Shown one piece after another: positions 1 through 13,000 of a DNA stretch of 64,000 nucleotides. Within the stretch, counting starts at the first letter, position 1; every line of letters begins with the position of its first letter. The DNA is taken from NCBI RefSeq assembly GCF_009914755.1, contig NC_060937.1; one strand, 5' to 3'. A program made the position numbers and the translations under genes. This DNA comes from the human T2T-CHM13v2.0 reference genome, Homo sapiens. Below the pieces are notes generated by a model. It was not told where the DNA came from. It did not search any database and saw only the letters and a program-made list of their open reading frames with translations.

Positions 1-1200
1 TTCGAATGGAAAGGAATGAAATTGAATGGAATAGAATGGAATGCAATGGACTGGAAAGGATTCAAATGGAAAGGACTGGAATTCAGTGGAATCGTATGGA
101 ATGGAATAGAATGCAATGGAATGGAATGGAATGGACTCGAATGGAATGCAGTCGAATAGAATGGAATCTAATGGAATGGAATCGAATGGAATGGACTCTA
201 ATTGAATGGATCAGAATGGAACTGTCTCGAATGCAAAGGAAAGGAATGAAAAAGACTCGAATGGAAAGAAATGGAATGGAAAGGAAAGAAATGGAATGGA
301 ATAGAAATTTACTGATTCGAATGGAATGGACGGGAATGGAATGGAATCACATGGAATGGAATGGAATGGAATGGAAGGGAATGGACTCAAATGTAATGGA
401 CTTGAATGGAAAGGACTCGAATGGAATGGAGCGAAATGAAATGGAATGGAATGGAATGGACTCGAATGTAATGGACTGGAATGGCATGGACTCGAAGGGT
501 ATTGACTTGAATGGAATGCAATGGAATAGTATGGAATGGAATGGAATCAAATGTAATGGACTGGAATGGAATGTACCCGAATGGAATGGACTCGAATGGA
601 ATGGATTCCACTGGAATGGAGTCGAATGGAATGCAATTGAAAGGAAAGGAATCGAATGGAATGGAATCAAAAGGAATGCAATCATGCACTAGAATGAATT
701 GGACTTCTTTGGATTGGACTCGAATGGATAACAATTGAATGGAATGGAATTGAAAGGAATGGAATCAAATGGAATGGAATCGAATCGAATGCATTGGAAT
801 GGAAGGGACTCAAATGGAATGGACTGGAATGGAATGGTCTTGAATGGAATGGAATCGAATGGAATGCATTACAATCGAAGGGACTCAAATGGAATGGACA
901 GGAATGGAATGGTCTTGAATGGAATGGACTCTAATGGAATGGAATGGAAAGAATGGCATGGAATAGAATGGAATGGAATGGAATCGAATGTAATGGACTG
1001 GAATGGAATGGAATAGAATGGAATGGAATGGAATGGAAAGTAATGGACTGGAATGGAATGGACTCGAATGAAATTGACTCGAATGGAATGGACTCCATTG
1101 GAATGGACTCCAATGGAATGCAATCGAATGGAATGCCAGCGAATGGAAGGGACTGGAATGGAATGGACTCGAATGGATTTGAATGGAATGGAATGGAATG
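1..1200 (+). repeat. Classic HSat3 sub-block rich in GGACT/CGAAT (TCGA, CpG-containing), almost no GGAGT
   Basis: Recurrent ggaatggactcgaat, ggactcaaat and ggaatcgaat. GGAGT is nearly absent until about 1215, after which it becomes abundant. Confidence 0.85.
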
Positions 1201-4200
1201 TAATACAATGGAATGGAGTAGAGGGGAATGGAATGGAATGTATTGCAGTGGAATGGAGTGCAGTGCAGAGGAATGGAATGGGATGGAGTGGAATGAAATG
1301 GAATGGAAAGGAATGGAAGGAAATGGAGTGGAACAGAATGGAGTGGAATGGATTGCAGTGCAGAGGAATGGAATGGAATGGAGTGGAATGAAATGGAATG
1401 GAAAGGAATGGAAGGAAATGGAGTGGAATGGAATGGAGTGGAATGGAATTGAGTGGAATGCAATGGAATGGAATGGAATGGAGTGGAATGGAGTGTTGTG
1501 GGGTTGAGTGGAAATTAAAGGAATGGATTAGAATGGATTGGAGAGGAATTGGGTGGAATTGAGTGTAGTGGAATGGAATGGATTGAAGTGGAATGGAGTG
1601 GAGAAGCATGGAGTGGAATGAAGTAGAATGGAGTGGAATGGAGTGGATTGCAGTGGAGTGAAATGCAGTAGAATGGAGTGGAATGTAGTGTAATGGTGTG
1701 GAATGGAGTGGAAAGTAGTGGAATGGAATGGAGTGGAGTGGACTGGAGAAGAGCAGACTGCAGTGGAGTGGAATGGTGTGGAATGGAATGCAGTGGAGTG
1801 GAACGGAATGGACTGGAATTGTATGGAGTAGAATGGAGTCCAGTGGAGTGGAATGGAATGGAGTGGATTGGAGTTTCGTAGAAGGAAGTGTAATGTGCTG
1901 GAGTGGAATGGAATGAAATGGAGTGGAGGGCAGTGGAGTGGAGTGAATTGGAATGGAAAGTAATGGATTGGATTTCAGTCTAATGGAATGGAGTGGAATG
2001 GAATGAAGTGGAATCGAATTGAATGGAATGGAATGGATTGGATATGAGTGGAATGGAATGGAGTGGAATGGAAAGGAGTGGAATGGTTTTGAGAGGAATC
2101 GAATGGAATGGAATGGAATGGAATGGAGTGTAGAGTAGTGCATTGGAGTGGGATGGAAATGAATGGATTGGAATGTCATGGAATGGAATGGAAAGGAATG
2201 GAGTGGAGTGGAGAGCAGAGGAGCGGAATCCAAAGGAATAGAATGGAATAGAGAGGAATGGAATGGAGTGGATTGGAGCGCAGTGGAATGGAATGGAATG
2301 GAGTGGAGTGGAATGGAATGGAGTGGAGTGGAATGGAATGGAACGAAATGGAGGGCACTGGTTTTGAATGGAATGGAATGGAAAGCAATGGAATGGAATG
2401 GAACGGAAAGGAGAGGAGGGTAGCATAGTGGAGTGGAATGAAATGGAATACAATGGAATGGAAAGGAAAGGAATGGAATGCTATGGAATGGAGTGGACTG
2501 GAATGGAATGGAGTGGAGGGGAGTGGAATGGTTTGGAATGGATTGGAATGGAATGGAAGTGAATGGAATGGAATGGAAGGGAATAGAATGCAATGGAATG
2601 GAGTGCAGTGGAATGGAATGGAGAGGAGTGGAAAAGAATGGAATTGAATGGAGAAGAGTTGAATGGAATAGATTGGAGTGGAATATAAAAGAATGGAATG
2701 GAATGGAATGGAATGCAATGGAATTGAATGGAGTGCAGTGGAGTGGAGTGGATTAGTGTAGAATGGAATTGAATGGAACGGAATGGAATACAATAGAATG
2801 GATTAGAATGGAATGGAATGGAATGCAATGGAGTGGAATGGAGAGGAGTGGAGTGGAATGAAATGGAATTAAGAGGAGTGGAATGAAATGGACTGGAATG
2901 GAATATATTGGAATGGAGTGGAGTGGACTGGAATGGAATAGAGTAGAATGAAGCAAAGTGGAATGGAGTGGAGTGGAATGGCATGACATGGAATGGAATG
3001 GAATGGAGTTGAGTGGAGTGGAATGGAATGGAATGGAGTGTAGTGCAGGGGAGAGGAGTCGAGTGGAATACAGTGGAATGGAGTGGAATGGAATGGATTG
3101 CAGTTTAATGGAATGGAGCGGAATGGATTGGAGTGGAATGGAATGGATTGGAATGGAGTGTAATAGAATGGTGTGGAGTGGAGTGGAATGGAATAGACTG
3201 GATTATTGTGGAGGGTAATGGAATGAAATTAAGTGGAGTGGAATGGAATGGAGTGGATTGCAATGGAGTGGAATGGAATGGAGTGGAAAAGAATGGAGTG
3301 AAATAGAGTGGAATCGAGTGGAGAAGACTGGAATTGATTTGAAAGGAAAGGAGTGGAATGCAGTGAAGTGGAATGGTATGTATTGGAATGGAGTGGAGTG
3401 GAATTGAGTGGAATGGACTGGAGTGGAATGGAAGTTAACGGAATGGAATAGAATGGAATGGAATGGAGTTGAGTGGAATGGAACGGAATGGAGTGGAATG
3501 GAATGGAATGGAGTGGATTGGAATGGAGTGGAATGGAATGGTGAGGAATAGAATGCAGTGCAGTGCATTGGAATGGAATAGAGTGGAATGGAGTGGTGTG
3601 GAATGGTATGGAATGCAGTAGAGTTTAACAGAATGTAGTGGAAGGACAGGGAATGGAGTGGAGTGTAATGGAATGGAATGCCGTGGAAAAGAATAGAATG
3701 GAGTTGAGTGGAATGGAATGAAGTGGAGTGGAATGGAGTGGCGTGGATTGCAATGCAATGGAGGCGAATGGAATGGTGTGTGAAATGTAATGGAGTGGAT
3801 TGCTTGGAATGTAATGGAGTGGAATGGAGTTGAGTGGAATGGAATGGGATGGAGAGGAATGGAATGGAATGGAATGGAATGGAATGGAATGGAATGGAAT
3901 GGAATGGAATGGAATGAAGTGGAATGGAGTAGAATAGAATGGAATGGGCTGGAGTGCTGTGGAATGGAATGGAGTGGAGTGGAGTGGTACGTAAATGAAT
4001 GGAATAAAATGGAATGGAATGGAATGGAATGTAGTGGAGTGGAGTGAAGTGGAGTGGAATTGAATGGAATGGGATGGAGTGGAATTGAATAGAGTGAATG
4101 GAATGTAGTGGAATGGAATGGAGTGGAGTGGATTGGAATGAAATAGAGTGCAATGGAGTGGTGTGGAATGGGTTGCAATGGAGTGGAATTTAAGGTAATG

Positions 4201-4410
4201 CAGTGGATTGGCATGAAATGGAGTGGAGTGGAAGGGAATGGAATGCTGTAGAATGGAATGGAATGGAGTTGAGTGGAATGGAAAGAAGTGGAGTGGAAAG
4301 GAATGGCGTGGAGTCGAATGGAATGGAGTGGAATTGAATGGTGTGTGAAATGGAAAGCAGGATATTGAAGAGGAATGTAACGGAGTGGAATGGAGCTGTG
4401 AGTGGAATGC
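1201..4410 (+). repeat. Diverged GGAAT/GGAGT mixed satellite block
   Basis: Frequent GGAGT, GCAGT and GTAGT units; GGACTCGAAT is essentially gone. Confidence 0.85.
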
Positions 4411-5130
4411 AATCGAAAGGAATGGAATTGAATGGAATGGAATCGAGTAAAGTGGAATGGAATGTAAGCAAAAGGAATGGACTAGAATGGAATGGTCTCG
4501 AATGGAATGGAATCGAATTGAATGGACTTGAAAGAACGGATTCGAATGGAATTAAATCAAATGGAATCGAATGCTCTGGAATGGAAAAGAATGGACTCGA
4601 ATTTAATGGAATGAAATGGAATTCACTCAAATGGAATGGAATCGAAAGTAAGGATATCTAGTGGAATAGATTCTAATGGAATGGAATCGAATTGAATGGA
4701 CACGAATGGCATGAACTTGAATGGACATTTCTCGAATGGAATGGAATGGAATGGTGTGGAATGGAATGGACTCGAATGGAATGGTCTCCAGTGGAATGGA
4801 ATCGAATGGAACGCAATCGAAAGGAATGGAATCGAATGGAATTGAATCGAATAAAGGGGAATAGAATGGACACGAAAGGATTATACTAGAATGGAACCAT
4901 CTATAATGGAATGAAATTGAATAGAATGGAATTGAATGGATTGGATTCGAATAAAATGAAAAGGAATCGAATCGAATGGACTGTAATGGAAAAGAATCGA
5001 CTCGAATGTAATGGACTAGAATGAAATGCCTTCAAATGGAATAGAAACTAATGGAATGGAAGCTAAAGGAATGGAATTGAATCAAATGGAAACGAAAGGA
5101 ACGAATTGGAATGGAAAGGTCTCCAATGGA
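4411..5130 (+). repeat. Island of classic GGACT/CGAAT-type HSat3 inside the GGAGT-rich domain
   Basis: Dense tcgaat, ggactcgaat, ggtctcgaat, ggacttgaa and ggattcgaat, with GGAGT essentially absent. Its composition resembles 1-1200 rather than its flanks. Confidence 0.8.
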
Positions 5131-5202
5131 ATGGAATGGAATACAATGGAATGGAATGGAATGGAAAGGAATGGAATGGAGTGGAATGGAGTGGAATGGA
5201 AT

Positions 5203-5333
5203 GGAACGGTATGGAATGGATTGGATTGGAGTGCATTGCAGAGGAATGGAAAGGAACGGTATGGAATGGATTGGATTGGAGTGCATTGCAGAGGAATGGA
5301 AAGGAACGGTATGGAATGGATTGGATTGGAGTG
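5203..5333 (+). repeat. Perfect 50-bp tandem repeat, about 2.6 copies
   Basis: ggaacggtatggaatggattggattggagtgcattgcagaggaatggaaa begins at 5203, 5253 and (partial) 5303. Confidence 0.9.
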
Positions 5334-8300
5334 GAATGGAGTGGAATGGAAAGGAATGGAGTGGATTGGATTCGAATGGAATGGAATGCAGTGGAGTGGA
5401 ATGCAATGGAATGGAATGGAACGGAATGTTATAGAATGGAAAGGAGTGGAGAGGAATGGAATGGAACGGAATGGAATGGAGGGGAAGGGACTGGAGTGGA
5501 GTAGAGTATAGTTGAATGGAATGGAATGGAATGGAATGGAATACTGTAGAATGGTATGTAGTGGAGTGGAATGGAATGGAATATAATGCAGTGGAATGGA
5601 GTGGAGTGAAGTGGAATGGAATGGAGTGAAGTGGAATGGAATGGAATGCAGTGGAATGGAGTGGAATACAGTGGAGTGGAATGGAATGGAGCGGACTGTA
5701 AAGAAATGGAGTGGAATGGAATGGCGTGGAATGGAATGGAGAGGTGTGGAATGGATTGGAGTGGATTGAAATGGAGTGGAGTTGAAAGGAATGGAATGGA
5801 AAGGAATGGAAGGGAAAGGTGTAGAATGGAGTGGAAAGGTTTGGAAAGCAATTGATTGGAGTTTAGTGGAATGGAATGAAAGAGAGTGGAATGACATGGT
5901 ATGGAGTGCAATGTAATGCAGTGGAATAGAGTGGCGTCAAATGGAATGGAAGGGAATGGAGTGGAATGGAATGGAATGGAGTGGAATGGAATGGAGTGGA
6001 AAAGAATGGAAGGGAATAAAATAGAATGGAAGGGAATGGAAGAGAATGCAATGGAATGGAATGGAATGGAATGGAGTGAATTGGAATCGAATGGAATTGA
6101 TTGGAATGTAATGGAATTGAGAGAAGTGGAATGAAGGCAATGGAATGCAATGGAATGAAATGAGAATAAGTGCAGTGGAATGAAATGGAACGGAATGGAA
6201 TGTAGTGGATTGGAGTGGAGTGGAGTGGAATTGAATTGAATGGAGTGCAGAAGAATGGACTGGAATGGAATGGAATGGAATGGAATGGAATGGATTAGAA
6301 TGGAATGGTATGTAATGGAATGTTACAGAATTGAACGGAGTGGAGTAGAATGGAATGAAATGGAATGGAAAGGAATGATGACGAGGGGACTGGAGTGGAG
6401 AAGAATATAGTGGAACGGAATGGAATGGAAGGGAATGGAATGGAGAGCAATGGAATTGAAAACTATAGAATGGTATGGATTTGAGTGGAATGGAATGTTA
6501 TCTAATGCATTGGAATGGAGTGGAGTGGAGTGGAATGGAATGTAATCCATTGTAATGGAGTGGAATGGAATGGAAATGAATGGAACGCAATGGAATGGAA
6601 TGGGGTGGGGTGGAGTAGAGTGGACAGAAATGGAAAGGAGTGGAATGGAAAGGAGTGGAAGGAAGTGGAGTGGAACGGAATGGAGTGGACTGGAAACAAA
6701 TGGAGTGGAATGGAATGGTGTGGAATGGAATGCAGTTGTGTGGAATGCAATGGAGTGGAGAGGAATGGACTGGAGTTGAATGGAATGGAATGGAGAGGAA
6801 TAGAATGGAAAGCTTTGGAGTGCAGTGGAGTAGTGTGGAATGGAATAGAATGGAGTAGAGTGGAATGGAATGAAATGCAGTGGAATGGCATTTAATGGAA
6901 TGCAATGGAATGCAGTGGAATAGAATGGAGTCTAATGGAATGGAATGCAATGTACTGGATTGGAATGGAATGAAATGAAATGGAATGGAGTGGGGTGGAG
7001 AGGAATGGAATGGAATGGAGTGGAATGGAATGGAGTGGAATGGAGTGCAGTGGAATAGAGAGGAATGAAATTGAATGGAACAGAATTGAATGTATTGAAA
7101 TGCATCGAATTGGAGTGGAATGGGGTGGAATGGAATTGAATGGAGTGGAATAGAATGGAATGAAATGGAATGCAATGGATTCGAGTGGAGTGCTGTGGAA
7201 TATAATGTAAGGGAGTACAATTGAATGGAATGGAATGGAATGGAATGGAGTGGGGTGGAATTGAATGGAATGGAGTGGAATGGAATGGAATGCAATGGAA
7301 TGGAAATGAATGGAATGCAATGGAATGGAATGTAAAGCAATGGAATGCAATGGAAGGGAGAGGAGGGGAATGTAGTGCAGTGGAGTGAAGTGTAACAGAA
7401 TGGAATGAAATGGAATGGAATAGAATGGAATGGAGTGGAGTTGAAAGGATTGGAATGCAACGGTATGGAACGCAATGGAATGGAACAGAGTGGAATGGAA
7501 TAGAATGGAATGGAATTTAGTGGTATGTAGAGGAGTGGAGTGGAATGGAGATGAAAGTAATGGAATGGAAAGGAAGGGAAATGAATGGGATGGAAAGGAA
7601 TGGAATGAGACTGGGTGAATTCGAGTGAAATGCAATGGATGGAAGTGGAATGGAATGGAATGCAATGCAATGGAATGGGACAGAATGTAATGGAATGGAA
7701 TGCAATGGAGTGGAATGGAATGGAATGGAATGGAATGGAATGGAATGGCATAGAATGGGGTGGAATGGATTGGAATGAAATGGAATGGAATGGAATGGAA
7801 TGGAATGGAATGGAATGGATTGGAGTGGAGTGGAGTGGAATCGAATAGAATGGAGAGGAGCAGAATTGAATGGAATCGAATAGAGTGGAATGGAATGGAG
7901 AGGAATGGAAAGGAATGGAATGGAAAGAAATGGAGTGGAATGGAATTGAATGGATTGGAGTGGAATGGAATGGAATGGGCGGGGATGGAATGGAGATGAG
8001 GGGATTGGAGTGGAGTAGAGAATAGTGGATTGGAATGCAAAGGAAAGGAATGGAATGCAATGGAACACTATAGAATGGTATGGAGTTTACTGGAATGGAA
8101 TGGAATGCAGATGAGTGGAATGTAATTGAAAGGAATGGAACGGAATGGAGTGGACTAGAGTGGAATGGAATGGAGTAGATTGGAATGCAATGGAATGGAT
8201 TGTAATAGAATGCAATGCAGTGGAATGGAAAGTTGCGGAGTGGAGTAGCGTGGAGTGGAATGGAACTGAATGGAATTCTATTTAATGGAAATGGAAGTAA

Positions 8301-8529
8301 ATGGAATAGAATGGAGTAGAGTAGAATGGAGTGGAATGGAGTCGAATGTAGAGCAGTGGAATGGAATGGAAAGCAGTTGAGTGGAATGGAACGGAGTTGA
8401 ATGGAAAAGAGTGTAATGGAGTAGAGTGGAGATGAATGGAATTGAGAGGAATGAAGTGAGGTGGAATGGAGTAGAATATAGCGGAGTGGAATGGAATGGA
8501 ATGGAATGGAATGGAATGGAATGGAATGG

Positions 8530-10050
8530 AATGGAATGGAGTGGAGTGGAGTGGATTCCAATGCAATGGATTGGAGTGGAGTGGAGAGGATTGGAATAGA
8601 ATAGAGTGAAACGGAGTGGAATGGAATGGAGTGGAGTGCAATGGAATGGAGCAGAATGGAATGGAGTGGAATGGAATGGAGTGTAGTGGAGTGTTATGGA
8701 ATGGTGTGGAGTGTAGCGGAATGGAAAGGACTGGAATGTAGTGGAGTGTAATAGAATGGAAATGAGTGGAGGGGAATGTAATGGGATGGAGTTGTTTGGA
8801 ATGGAGTGGAAGGGAATGGAGTGGAATAGAATGGAAGGGAATGGAAAAGAATGGAATGGAGTAAAATGGAACGGAATGGAAAGGAATGGAATTTAAAGGA
8901 ATGGAGTGGAGTGGAAATGAATGGAAAGGAATGGAACGGAATGTAATGGAACGGAATGTAATGTAATGGAATGGAATGGAATGGAATGGAGTGGATTGGA
9001 GTGGAGCGGAGTGGAGTGGTATGGAATTGAATAATGTGGAGTGGAATGGAATGGAATGGAATAGAATGGAATGGAGTGGAGTGGAATGGAAGGGAATGGG
9101 ATGGAATGCTGAGGTGTTAACTGGAGTGGAGAAGAGCATAGTGGAATGTAATGGAATGTAATGAAATGGAATAGAATGGAATAGCTTACTATAGAATGGT
9201 ATGGAGTGGAGTGGAATGGAATGGAATGGAATGCAGTGGAATGGAGTGGAGTGGAGTGGAATGGAATGCACTGCAATGGAGTGGAATGGATTGGAATGGA
9301 GTGGAATGGAGTGGAGTGGAATGGAAAGGAATGGAATCGAATGGAATGGAGTGGAGTGGAGTGGAATGGAATGGAATGGATTGGAGGGAGTGGAGAGGAG
9401 TGGAATAGAATAGAGTGAAATTGAGTGGAATGGAATGGAGTGGAGTGCAACAGAATGGAGCGGAATGGAATGGAGTGGAATGGAATGGAGTGGAGTCGAG
9501 TGTTATGGAATGGTGTGGAGTGTACTGGAGTGGAAAGGACTGGAATGTAGTGGAGTGTAATGGAACGGAAATGAGTGGAGGGGAATGTAATGGAATGGAG
9601 TTGATTGGAATGGAATGGAATGGAATTGATTGGAATGGAATGGAAGTGAATGGAATGGAATGGAGTAAAATGGAAAAGAATGGAAACGAATGGAATGGAA
9701 TGGAATGGATTGGAGTGGAATTGAATGGAAAGTAATGGAAAGGCATGGAATGGAATGGAATGGAATGGAACGGAACGGAACGGAATGGAGTGGATTGGAG
9801 TGGAGTGGAGTGGTATGGAATTGAATAAAATGGAGTGGAATGGAATGGAATGGAAAAGAATGGAATGGAGTGGAGTGGAATGGGATGGAATGGGGAGGTG
9901 TGGACTGGAGTGGAGGAGAGAATAGTGGAATGGAATGGAATGGAATGGAATGAAATGGAATGGAAGGGAATGGAATGGTATACTACAGAATGGTATGGAG
10001 TGGAGTGGAATGGAATGGAATGGAATGCAGTGGAATGGAGTGGAATGGAA
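8530..10050 (+). repeat. Diverged tandem duplication, about 0.8 kb unit
   Basis: gtgttatggaatggtgtggagtgta occurs at 8691 and 9500 (offset 809); tacta(t/c)agaatggtatggagt at 9187 and 9981 (offset 794). Confidence 0.8.
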
Positions 10051-13000
10051 TAGAATGGAGTGGATTGGAGTGGAATTCAATGGAGTAAAATGGATTGGAT
10101 TGTAATGGAGTGGATTAGAATGGAATGGAGAGAAGTGGAAAGAAAAGGAGTGGAATGGAATGGTGTGGATTGGAGTGGAATGGAGTGAAATGGAATGGAA
10201 CTGAACGGAATGAAAAGGAGAGGAATGGAATGGAAAGCTGTGTAGTGGAATGGAGTGGTGTGGAATGGAATTGAATGGAGTGGAGTGGATTGGAATGGAA
10301 TGAAACGGTGTGGAATGGCAATGAATGGGGTGCAATGGAATGGAGGGGATTAGAATGGAGTCTAATGGAAGGGAAAGTAATGGAGAGGAGTGGAATGGAA
10401 TGGAATGGAATGCAATGGAATCGAGTGAAGTGGAGTAGAGTGGAGTGGAATGCAATGGAGTGGAATGGGATGGAGTGGAATGGAGTGGATTAGAATGCAG
10501 TGAAATGAAAGGGAATGGAATGGAATGTAGTGAAGTGGAATGGAATGCAATGCAATGGATTCGATTGAAGTGGAGTGGAGTGGAGTGGAATGCAATGGAG
10601 TGGAATGAGATGGAGTGGAGTGGAGTGGAATAGAATGGAATGGAATTGAATGGAAAGGAATTGACTGGAATGCAATGCAACGAAATGGAGTGGAATGAAG
10701 TTGAATGGAATGCAAAGGAATGGAATTGAATGGAGTGATATGGAATGGAATGAAATGGAATGCAATGGATTCGAGTGGAGTGCTGTGGAGTGTAATGGAA
10801 TGGAATGCAATGGAATGGAATGGAATGGAAGGGATTGAAATGGAAAGGAATGCAATAGAATGGAATTTAATGGAATGGAATGCAGTGGGGTGGAATAGAA
10901 AGGAGTGGAGTGGAATGGAATGGAATGCAATGGAATTGAATGTAACAGAAAGTAATGGAAAGGAATGGAATGGAGAGGAGGGGATTATCGTGGAGTGGAG
11001 TGAATTGGAAAGGAATGGAATGGAATGGAATGGAATGGAATGGAATGGAATGAAATGAAATGTGGTGAAGTGGACTAGAATGGAATGAAATGGACTAGAA
11101 TGGAGTGGAGTGGATTGGAATGGAATAGAATGTAGTGGAGTGGAGTGGAATGGAATGGAATGGAGTGGATTGGAAAGGATTGGAATGGATTGGAATAGAA
11201 TGCATTGGAATGGAATGGAATGAAACAGAGTGGAATGGAATGGAGTGGAATGGAATGGAATGGAATGGAATGAAGAGGAGTGTAGTGGAATGGAATCGTT
11301 TGTATTGAAATGTGATGGAATGCAGATGGATGTAATGGAATAGAATGGGATGGAATAGAATGGGATGGAAAGGAATGGAATGGAAATGGGTGGAGTCAAG
11401 AGGAAAGCAATGGAGTGAAGTGGAATGGAATTCAATGCAATGGAATGGAACGGAATGAAATGGATTGGAATGGAATAGAATGGAGTGGAATGCAATGGAA
11501 TGGGATGGAATGGTATTGAATGGAATAGACTGGAGTGGAATGGAATGGAAAGGAATGGAACGGAATGGAATGGAATGGAGTGGGGTGGAATGGAATGGAA
11601 TGTAACGGAGTGGAATGGAGTGTAGTGGAGTGGAATGGAATAGAATGGAGTGGATTAGAATGTAGTGCAATGGAATGCAGAGGAATGAAAGGAAGGGAAT
11701 GGAATGGAATGGAAAGGAATGGAATGGAGGGGAGTGGAATGGAGTGGAAAGGAATTGAATGGAATGGAATGAAGTGGAATGGAATTTAACCGAATGGATT
11801 GGAGTGGAATGGAGTTGAGTGGAGTGAAATGGAATGGAATGGAGTGGAGTGGAGTGGAGTGGAATGGAATGGATTGGAATGGAGTGGAATGGAAGGAAAT
11901 GGGATGGAATGGGGAGGAGTGGAATGGATTGGAGTAGAGTATAGTGGAATGGAATGGAATGTAAACAAATGGAATAGAATGGAATGGAACAGAATACTTT
12001 CGAATGGTACGAAGTGGAGAGGAATGGAACGGAATGCAATGCAGGGGAATGGAGTGGAGTGGAGTGGAATGGAATGGAACGCAGTGGAATGTAGTGGAAT
12101 GGAATGGAGTGGAATGGAGTGGAGTGGAGTGGATTGGAATGGAATGGAGTAGATTGGAGTGGATTGGAATGGAGTGGAGTGGAATGGAATATAGGGGAGT
12201 GGAAAAAAATGGATTGAAATGGAATGGTGGGGAATGGAATGGAGTCGTGTGGAGTGGAATGGAGTGGAGTGGAATTGAGTGGAGTTGAATGTAATGGAAA
12301 GGTGAGGAATGGTATGGAAAGGTGTGGAGTTGAGTGCAGTGGTGTGGAATGATTTGAATGGAGTGGAGTGAAATGGAATGAAACGGAGAAGAATGGCACG
12401 GAATGTGGTGCAATGGAATGGAGTGGATAAGAATGGAGTCTAATGGAAGGGAGTGGAATGGAGTGGAGTGAAATGGAATGAAATGGAATACAATGGAATG
12501 GAGTGGAGTGGAGTGGAATGCAATGGCGTGGAATGCAATGGAGTGGAGTGGAGTGTAGTGGAACAGAGTTGAATGGAATTGAATGGAACGGAATTGACTG
12601 GAATGGAATGCAACGAAATGGAGTGGAAAGGAGTTGAATGGAATCTAAAGGAATGGAATTGAATGGAGTGGAATTGAAATGAATGAAATGAAATGCAATG
12701 GATGCGAGTGGAGTGCTGTGGAATGTAATGGATTAGAATTCAAAGGAATGGAATGTAATGGAATGAATTGGAATGCAATGGAATGGAATGGAATGGAATT
12801 TAATGGAATGGAATGGACGGGGTGGAATGGAATGGAGTGGAGTGGATTGGAATGGAATGCAATGGAATGTAAAGCAATAGAGTGGAATGGATTGCAATGG
12901 AAAGGAGAAGAGGGGGTTGTATTGGAATGGAGTGAAGTGGAATGGAATGGAACGGAACAGAATGGAATGCAAAGCAATGGCATGCATTGGAATGGCATGG

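Noticed and set aside
3856-3915. Pure (GGAAT)12 run and similar runs (about 8490, 13065, 21820, 33970, 53220)
   Set aside because: These are ordinary microsatellite-like slippage tracts within HSat3. The motif equals the SCA31 TGGAA repeat, but there is no genic context here.
1-5130. HSat2 assignment for the TCGA-rich blocks
   Set aside because: No HSat2-type ATCATCGAATGG / 23-26 bp periodic unit was seen; GGAATGGACTCGAAT on a pentamer frame fits HSat3.
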